Below are positions 35,257 to 43,900 of a DNA stretch of 64,000 nucleotides, one piece after another. The DNA is taken from NCBI GenBank assembly GCA_966251045.1, contig CBINJP010000020.1:388-64387 (forward strand), read 5' to 3'. The notes under the pieces were generated by a model. That model had not been told where the DNA came from, searched no databases, and saw only the letters and a list, made by a program, of their open reading frames with translations. The stretch is from an uncultured Sphingomonas sp. GTDB taxonomy: Bacteria > Pseudomonadota > Alphaproteobacteria > Sphingomonadales > Sphingomonadaceae. The number at the start of each line of letters is the position of its first letter. Position 1 is the first letter of the stretch. Position numbers and translations under genes: made by a program.

Positions 35257-36701
35257 TAACGCGCCTTGAGCAGCATCATCGCGAAGAAGAGCGATTCAAC
35301 CACCGGCCAATGCCGATGCCCGCACCCCTCCGAATAATATTCACGCTGCAGGACAGTGGTCGACAACGCTTCCAGAACCCCCCGAGACTTGGTTGAGATA
35401 ATCTTCAACAAATCCTTGCTTGTCAAAACAAGAAGGTCGCGCCGGAATGCCGGAGGCCATGATTTGATGGTCGCCTTGAGCTTCTCGAACGATTCGTTCC
35501 GGGGTTCGAGCGTGTCGATCGATTTTCGAATCAACGAGATGATGTTTCCGCGCAGATCCGGATCGGTCGCGGTCTTGCCGGACCGCGTCGCTTCGAGCGC
35601 ATATCCCACCAATTCGGACAGGTCGCCGGCATGGACGTTCCCGTCCATCTGCTTGCCGTAGCAGGCCAGCGCGAGCGCGGCGAAATCGGGCGAGCCACTG
35701 CCCATTGCCTTCAGCACGGCGCTCAGCGGCGCGTCCATCCCCTGTTCGTGAAGCGCCGCGACATATTCGGGCTGCACGCTGCGTACCGCGCCCGCCAATG
35801 CAGGCACCCCGGCATCCCGGAAAGTACCGAGCAGCTCGAGCATGGTCAGGGGGGGGAGCGCGCTGCTGGCCATGCGCAGCGCATCCGCCGCCACGCGCTC
35901 GGCCGGCAGCGCGCCATAGCCCTGGCGCCATTTCAGTGCGGACACTGCCGGCGCGAAATTATTCTTCCCGCCGATATGCTGCTTGGCCGCCTCCCAGGCG
36001 AGCCAGGCCGGCGGCGGCGGGGCGGCAGGCTTCTCGCCGTCCGATTTCATGGAATAGGGCAACAGACCCGGCGGCGGTGCCGCGACGGGCTCGGTAGCGA
36101 CCACCAGCTGGCTGTCCCGAAGCAGATCGAGCCCTCCGCGCGGCACCAGCTGCGCCGAGGTCGCCCAGCCGGCTACTCGCGGCCGTTCCTCGACGGGCCA
36201 AACCGACCGAAGCGCTTCGATCAGGATGGCATCGCGGTCCTCGTCACGCTCGACCAGGATCAGGCGATCGGCCCAGGCCAGGCCCAGATCCGGCCAGTCC
36301 AACTGCTCCTGCTCCGGAACGGCCACCTCTACGGGATCGCGCCCGAAATTGCCGGTCCCGTCGGGCTCCTTGATCTCGCCCAGCACCAGTTCGGTGCGAT
36401 GGCCGAGCGCCGCCAGACTCGCGCTGTCGATCATTACGCCATTCAGAAAGGCTTCTTCGCCCAGCGCGCCGCGACCGCGATACCACGCGCGGAACACGAC
36501 CGCGCCCTCGCCCTCGGGCAGCGCCACGCACGCGGCGAAGCTCTTCTCATCCGTTCTGGACCATTCCATCAGCACCATCGCCAGGTCGGTGGCGCGGGTG
36601 AAGGCGATGGGCGAGGATTGGGCAAGCACGCGATAATTGCGCCCCTGCGATTGCGGCCCGATCACGAAGGTCGGCAGCGTGAGCCGCCCGCCTCCAGTCA
36701 T
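35256..36701 (-). CDS. Hypothetical 481-aa soluble protein, candidate GTPase partner
   Basis: ATG at 36701 forms an ATGA overlap with the upstream gene stop (36698-36700). I recognise no motif. The N-terminal ~120 aa alternate beta/alpha-like segments. There is a Pro-rich linker (PVAAPPPGLLP...KPAAPPPPAW). The C-terminal half is helical, with visibly lower GC. Confidence 0.55.
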   Translation of the reverse strand: MTGGGRLTLPTFVIGPQSQGRNYRVLAQSSPIAFTRATDLAMVLMEWSRTDEKSFAACVALPEGEGAVVFRAWYRGRGALGEEAFLNGVMIDSASLAALGHRTELVLGEIKEPDGTGNFGRDPVEVAVPEQEQLDWPDLGLAWADRLILVERDEDRDAILIEALRSVWPVEERPRVAGWATSAQLVPRGGLDLLRDSQLVVATEPVAAPPPGLLPYSMKSDGEKPAAPPPPAWLAWEAAKQHIGGKNNFAPAVSALKWRQGYGALPAERVAADALRMASSALPPLTMLELLGTFRDAGVPALAGAVRSVQPEYVAALHEQGMDAPLSAVLKAMGSGSPDFAALALACYGKQMDGNVHAGDLSELVGYALEATRSGKTATDPDLRGNIISLIRKSIDTLEPRNESFEKLKATIKSWPPAFRRDLLVLTSKDLLKIISTKSRGVLEALSTTVLQREYYSEGCGHRHWPVVESLFFAMMLLKAR

Positions 36702-37465
36702 CCGCCCGAACCTCTCCGCGTTGGCGCTGGCCCGCAATCGGTGCTCGCGTTGGGCCGTACCTTCGCCAAGTTTTGCTCAACCCTGCAAAGTTCGTTCGTA
36801 TCGCGATACTTGTTTGTCGCCGCGCAACCCACTTTGAAGCCCTCAGAAGCGCGAATCCGCGCTATTTCCGCATCGATATTCCACCTCGCCTGGCAGATTT
36901 TCAGGTCGGCGTCGGACACTGCCTTACGTGCTTCATTGCCCAAGGCCAGTTCGCGCTCCTGCCCGGCGCTGTTTTGTGAGAAATAAAGGGCTGCGCCACC
37001 CAATAGTAACGCGAGCGGTAGCGCGATCAAAATAAACAGAAGGAATTGCCTCACTTGGACAGTCCGGGCCCACCGGCTTGTACCATCTTCGCCGGGCGGC
37101 TTGCCCTCGACCGGCGGATCGGAGTCCAGCGGTGCTTCGGCGGTCACGGGCTCGTCCGGCGGTATGGAAGGGAGCGGCGGGTCCGGGACTTCGCTCTTCG
37201 GTGGGTCCTTCGGGCCGAGGGTCTTCGGCAACTTTGCGATCACCGCATCGGCCACCGCCTGCGCGTCGGGCCAGGCGATTCCCTTCAGACTTGCCGTCAT
37301 CGACGATTTAATCTGCGCGTCGATCGATTCCTTGAAGGCCTTGTCCAGCCCTGTCTGACGCCCCGCCGCGACTTCCCTCGCGATGAATTCAAGCACGAAC
37401 TCCGCCATTTGCTGCTGGAGGGTCGCGAAGGCGTCCGGTTCTTCTTGTTCGTCGGTGGCGCTCAT
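36698..37465 (-). CDS. Bitopic membrane protein: acidic cytoplasmic N-terminus, Pro-rich linker, four-Cys C-terminal domain (hypothetical)
   Basis: 255-aa ORF with ATG at 37465, the first gene of the operon. Has a TM helix FLLFILIALPLALLLGGAALYF and a C-terminal segment with 4 Cys (KICQARW...GCAATNKYRDTNELCRVEQ...STDCGP). Confidence 0.55.
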   Translation of the reverse strand: MSATDEQEEPDAFATLQQQMAEFVLEFIAREVAAGRQTGLDKAFKESIDAQIKSSMTASLKGIAWPDAQAVADAVIAKLPKTLGPKDPPKSEVPDPPLPSIPPDEPVTAEAPLDSDPPVEGKPPGEDGTSRWARTVQVRQFLLFILIALPLALLLGGAALYFSQNSAGQERELALGNEARKAVSDADLKICQARWNIDAEIARIRASEGFKVGCAATNKYRDTNELCRVEQNLAKVRPNASTDCGPAPTRRGSGG

Positions 37466-37924
37466 GACTTGCCGGGTCCCCGCAGCAGCTTGGTTCTCCT
37501 AATGGTGCTGCGGATTGCCAGCAATCGCAAGATGCGGGGCCATCGCTTCGACGATGGTTGCCGCGCGCTGGATGGGGGCGCCGGCATATCCTCTCGACGA
37601 TTCGCCCGCCGATCGTGCCGCGCGTTGGCGCATGGCTGTCGAGCTGGCGTTCCAGTTGGTCGTTGCGGGTCGTTAATTGTCCACAACAAGATGTTGTTCG
37701 AATAGATTTTTTCAGATTCGAACGGTGCTCAGAATCGGCGCGATAAAATACTAGAAAACATTGTTGGCCGTGAATATGCTGACTGCGGCAATAAGCGGTA
37801 TGCCGCTCGTTTGTAGCATTCCGACCGTATAGGCCGAGTATATTCTCGCAAACAGAGACTTGCCGTCAGCGCAAGCATTCCATGGTCGCATCGTCCCGCC
37901 TCGTGCACACGAGAGTGATCGACC
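37466..37924. promoter_or_regulatory. Divergent control region between the GTPase/SEDS/PBP operon and the Tc toxin genes
   Basis: 459-bp intergenic region with an AT-rich core (about 37680-37860). Contains inverted repeats ACAACA-aga-TGTTGT (37683-37697), GTTCGAA-N14-TTCGAAC (37696-37723), GCGGCA-N10-TGCCGC (37785-37806) and CTCGTG-ca-CACGAG (37900-37913, 11 nt before the Tc ATG). Confidence 0.45.
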
Positions 37925-40900
37925 ATGCCGGCATCGACCAAGGCAGAGAATGGAAAAGAGGCGCCTCCGGCGGCGTCTCCCCCTGCCATCTCGCTCGCCA
38001 AGGGCGGCGGGGCGATCCGCAGCATGGGGGAGAAGTTCGCCGCCAATCCGGTAACCGGCACTGCCTCGATGACGATTCCCGTCGCGGTGAGCCCGGGACG
38101 GGCGGACTTCGGCCCCCAATTGTCGCTCAGTTACGATTCGGGTTCGGGAAACGGCATATTCGGCCTTGGCTGGAGTCTGTCGCTGCCCGCCATCGCGCGC
38201 AAGACCGCGAAGGGACTCCCCCGCTATCGCGACTCCGAGGAGTCGGACGATTTCATCCTGTCGGGCACCGACGATCTGGTGCCCGTGCTGCTTCCGGACG
38301 GAACCCGGCAGCGCGATGAGACGATTGCGGCGGGCTATATCGTTCACCGCTACCGGCCGCGCATCGAAGGGCTGTTTGCGCGCATCGAGCGCTGGACACG
38401 CAAGAGCGACGGCGATGTCCATTGGCGCACGCTCTCGCGCGAGAATGTCCTGAGCCTCTATGGCGCCAATGCGGACTCGCGAATCTTCGATCCCGCGGAC
38501 AAGACCCGCATCTTCAGCTGGCTGATCAGCGAGACCCGCGACGATCGCGGCAATGTGATCCTTTACGATTACAAACCGGACGACGGCGTCGGCGTCGATC
38601 TGTCGCGGGTCTGCGAACGCAGCCGCGGCGTGGCGAACGCGCCGGGACGAGCCACCAACCGCTATCTGAAGTCGGTTCGCTACGGGAACAGGGCGCCGCT
38701 GCTGACGGCGGCGGGCAAGCGCCCGGCATTCCTGTCCGACCTGCCGGCCGCGAAGCTTGCCGGCGCCGAATGGATGTTCCGGGTCGTGCTCGATTATGGC
38801 GAGCATGACGGCGCCGCGCCCTCTCCGGGCGATGCGGGCGTCTGGGCCTTCCGTGCCGATCCCTTCTCGTCCTGCCGCTCGGGATTCGAGGTTCGCACCA
38901 CGCGCCTGTGCCGCCGCGTCCTCATGTTTCACCATATCCCCGATCTCCCGACCGGCGAGGCGGGGTATGACGGCCTCGTCCGGTCGACCGACTTCACCTA
39001 TCGCGGCGACCTCGATCCGTCCGATGCCCGCAATCCGGTCTATGCCCAGCTGGTCCAGGTGGAGCAGGCGGGATACCGCAAGCTGGGCGACGGCAGCTAT
39101 GTCCGGCGCAGCCTGCCGCCGGTCGAGTTCGATTATTCGGTCCCCGAGATCGACGAGACGGTCCGCGACATCGACCCGGCGAGCATGGAGAATCTTCCGG
39201 GCGGGGTGGACGGCTCGCATTATCGCTGGGTCGATCTTCACGGCGAAGGGGTGCCCGGCATCCTCTCCGAACAGGCCGGCGCCTGGTTTTACAAACGCAA
39301 TATAAGCCCGATCAGCGCCACGCCGGTCGGCTTCGCCCCGGCCGAATGCGTCGCCGCAAAGCCGAACCGGGCGATTGCGGGGGGGCATGCCCAGTTCATG
39401 GATCTGGCCGGAGACGGCCTCCCCGACCTGGTCGATCTGCGCGTGCCCGGCGCGGGCCTGTACGAGCATGACCTTGCCGAGGGCTGGGAGAAGTTCCGGC
39501 CGTTCGTCGCCCCTCTCAACCGCGATACGCGCGATCCCAATGTCCGCCTGATCGATCTGACCGGCGACGGCGCGCCCGACATCCTGGTCACCGAAGACGA
39601 TGCGATGGTCTGGCATCCGTCATTGGCCGAGGACGGGTTCGGCCCGGGCCAGCGGGTCGCCTGGGCCGCCGATGAGGAAAAGGGGCCGCGGCTGCTGTTC
39701 GCCGACGCGACCCAGTCCATCCACTTCGCCGATCTCAGCGGTGACGGGCTAACCGACCTCGTGCGCATCCGGAACGGCGAGATCTGCTATTGGCCGAATC
39801 TCGGTTATGGCCGGTTCGGCGCGAAGATCACGATGAACGGATCGCCGCTGTTCGATCATGCCGATCGCTTCGATCACCGGCGCGTGCTGCTAGGCGATAT
39901 CGATGGCTCCGGCACGACCGATATCGTCTATCTCCACCCCGACGGGATCAGGCTCTACTTCAACCAGTCGGGCAATGGCTGGAGCGCCGCGCGGCTGCTG
40001 CGGGTGCTGCCGCCGGCGGGGCCGATGGTGTCGGTGACCATCGCCGACCTGCAAGCCAACGGCACCGCGAGCCTGGTCTGGTCGTCGCCGCTTGCGAGCG
40101 ATGCGCGCCGGCCGATGCGCTACCTGAACCTGATGGGTGCCACCAAGCCGCATCTGATGGTCAGGATGGCGAACAATCTGGGTGCCGAGACCCTCATCAG
40201 CTACGCGACCTCGACCAAATTCTACCTTCGGGACCGGCGCGACGGCACGCCCTGGATCACGCGGCTGCCCTTCCCGGTGCACGTCGTCGAGCGCGTCGAG
40301 ACGCTGGACCGGGTCGCGCGGAACCGCTTCGTCACGCGCTATGCCTATCACCATGGTTATTTCGACGGGCCCGAGCGCGAATTCCGCGGCTTCGGCATGG
40401 TCGAGCAATGGGATACCGAGGATTATGCCGCGCTCGCCGCCGATGGCGTGCTCGCGCCGGGCGACAACGAGCATCCGTCCTCGCGCGTGGCGCCGGTCCA
40501 TTCCAAGACCTGGTTCCACACCGGCGCCTGGTTCGGCCGCGACCATGTGTCGGACTATTTCGCCGGGCTGCTGAACGGCGTCGATCGCGGGGAATATTAT
40601 CGCGAGCCGGGCCTGAGCGACGCCCAGGCGCGGGCAATGCTGCTTGCGGATTCAATCCTTCCGCCGGGCCTGTCGATCGAGGAGGAGCGCGAGGCGGTCC
40701 GCGCGCTCAAGGGATCGACTCTGCGCACCGAACTCTATGCCGATGACGGCACCGCGCGCGCGGTGCATCCCTATACGGTCACCGAGCAAAATCTCGCGGT
40801 CAGGCTCGAACAGGGACGCGGGATCAATCGTCACGCGGTCTTCTCCACCCATGCCAGCGAGACGCTCACCTACGAATATGACCGCGATCCCGCCGACCCG

Positions 40901-43900
40901 CGGATCCAGCATGGGCTCACGCTCGAGGTCGATGCGTTCGGCAATGTGCTCAAGGACGCGGCAGTCTCCTATGGGCGGCGCGTTCCGGACGCGGGGCTGC
41001 CGCTCCCGGCGGATCGCGCCCGGCAGGCGGTGCCGCTCGTCACTTATACCGAGCGCCGCTTCACCAACGCGATCGACGATCCCGCCCTGTTCCCCGGCGA
41101 TCACCGCACGCCGCTTCTCTGCGAGACCCGCGCCTTCGAACTGACCGGCTATTCTCCGGGCGGTCCGGCGGGGCGCTTCCGCGCCGCGGACCTGGTGCAG
41201 CCGGTCGCGGGCAAGCTCCAGAACGTCTTCGACACCGAGCTTGGCTATGAGATGTCCGCGACGACCGGGCGCCAGCGCCGGCTGATCGATCTGGAACGCG
41301 GCCTGTTCCGGCGTTCCGATCTGACCGCGCTGTCGCCGCTGGGGACGATCGACTCGCTCGCGCTTGCCGGCGAAAGCTACCGGCTGGCATTCACGCCCGA
41401 ACTGATCGCCGCGGTGTTCGAGCGCGACGGCACGGCGCTGATGGCGAGCCCCTCCGCCATTCTCGGGGCGAGCGGTGGCAGCGGCGGCGGCTATCTGCTC
41501 AGCCAGGCCGCCAAGGCCGATGGCCGGTTCCCGGCCTCCGACAAGGATCACTGGTGCTGGGTGCCGTCCGGCCGCAGCTATTTGTCGCCCGGGTCCGCCG
41601 ACACGCCGGCGGCGGAGCGCGCCTATGCGCAGGACCATTTCTTCCTGCCGCTGCGCAAGCGCGACGGATTCCACGCGGCGGGCTTCAGTACCGAAAGCCT
41701 CGTGACCTATGACGGGCACGACCTGCTGCCCGTCGAGTCACGCGACGCCGTCGGCAACCGCGAAACGGCAGGCGAGCGCAAGGCCGACGGTACCCGCGAT
41801 CCGGCCAGCCTCGGCAACGACTACCGGGTCTTGCGGCCGGCTTGCGTCACCGATCCCAACGGCAACCGGGGGCAGGTTGCCTTCGATGTGCTCGGCATGG
41901 TGGCGGGCTCGGCGGTGATGGGGAAGCCGGGCGAGAGCCTAGGCGATCGTCTGACCGGCTTCGCGCCCGACCTGACGCAAGCTGAGATAGCGTCGCACAT
42001 CGCCAATCCACTCGCCGCGCCCGAGCTGATCCTGGGCCATGCGACGACACGCTCGGTCTATGATCTCTTCGCCTATCACCGGACGCGCACGGACCCGCAG
42101 CCTATGCCGGTCACGGTCGCGACCTTGATGCGCGACACGCATGACGCCGAGGTGGCGAGCGGCGCCGCGCTGGGCATCCAGCTGGGCTTTTCCTATTCCG
42201 ACGGCTTCGGCCGCGAGGTCCAGCAGAAGGTGCGGGCGGAGGCCGGCGCGCTCGTCGACGGCGGTGCGCCGCTGGCGGTGCGGTGGGTCGGGACCGGCTG
42301 GACCATCCACAACAACAAGGGCAAGCCGGTCCGGCAATTCGAGCCCTTTTTCTCGGCCACCCACCAGTTCGAATTCGGCATCGCGGTCGGCGTCAGTCCG
42401 ATCCTCTTCTACGATCCGCTGGAACGCGTCGTGGTCACGCTCCACCCCGACGAAACCTATGAGAAGGCGGTGTTCAGCCCGTGGCGCGAGGCCAATTGGG
42501 ATGCCAATGACACGGTCGACGGCGATCCGCGCACCGACCCCGACATCATGGGCTACACCGCCGCCTATTTCGCTGGCCCGGCCCCGCCCGCGTGGCAGGG
42601 ATGGAAGAACCGGCGCGCGGGCGGCGCGATGGGGGCGGAGGAACAGGACGCCGCCACCAAGGCGGCGCGGCACGCGGGCACGCCCAGCATCGTCCATCTC
42701 GACGTATTGGGGCGGGCGTTCCTCACGCTTTCGGACAATGGCCCCGATCCCGCCATGCCGGGCCAGCATCTCCTGTTCGCGAACCGGGTCGAACTCGACA
42801 TCGAGGGCAATTCGCGCAGCGTGCGCGACGCGATCGTGCAGGCGGGGGACGCCGCCGGCCGGATCGTCATGCGCTACGCCTATGACATGCTCGGCAATCG
42901 TGTCCGGCAGGAGAGCATGGAGGCGGGCCGCCGGTGGATGCTCAATGACGCCGCCGTGAAGCCGATCCGCGGCTGGGACGATCGCGGGCATGTCGTCCGT
43001 ACTGAATATGATCCGTTGCGCCGCCCGGTTCGGTCGTTCGTGCTGGGTGCCGATCCGTCCGATCCCGCGCTGGATGTGCTGACCGAACGGCTCGTCTATG
43101 GCGAGCAGCATCCCGATGCGGAGGCGCGCAACCTGCGCGACACGCTCTATCTCCATCTCGACCAGGCGGGGGCGGTCGCGACCGAGCGGAAGGATTTCAA
43201 GGGCAATGCCCTCGCCGCATCGCGCCGGCTGACCAAGGGGACCCTGTACCGGGGGACCATCGACTGGACCGCTGTCGACGCGGACGCCACCGCACTGCCC
43301 CCGGACGCGACCGCGCCGCTGGGCCTCGCCGCGCTGGCGACCGCACTCGGCGCGCAGCTCGAAGCCGATGCCTATGTGAGCGGCAGCAGCTTCGACGCGC
43401 TCGACCGCGCGGTCCTGGTCACCTCGCCGCATACCGCCGCGATGAAGCCCAGCGTGATGCGTCCGGCCTATAATCTGGCCGGGCTGCTCGAGCGGGTCGA
43501 TGCGAACCTCAGGGGCGAGGAGGTGGCCGGCGTTCCCGTCTGGACGGCGTTCATCGCCAATATCGATTACGACGCCAAGGCCCAGCGGCGGCGGATCCTG
43601 TACGGCAACCAGGTCTCCACGCGTTACGATTATGATCCGCTGACCTTCCGGATGCGGCGCATGGTGACCGCGCGCGCCGCTGCCGCCTATCCGGCCGATT
43701 GCCCGAACCCGCCCGTCGCCGGCTGGCCGGGATGTGAGGTGCAGAGCCTCCACTATACATACGATGCCGTCGGCAACATCACCCGCGTCCGCGACGCCGC
43801 GCAGCAGGCGGTGTACTTCACGAACCAGCGAGTCGAGCCGAGCGCGGACTATACCCATGATGCGCTCTACCGCCTGATCGGGGCCACCGGCCGCGAGCAT

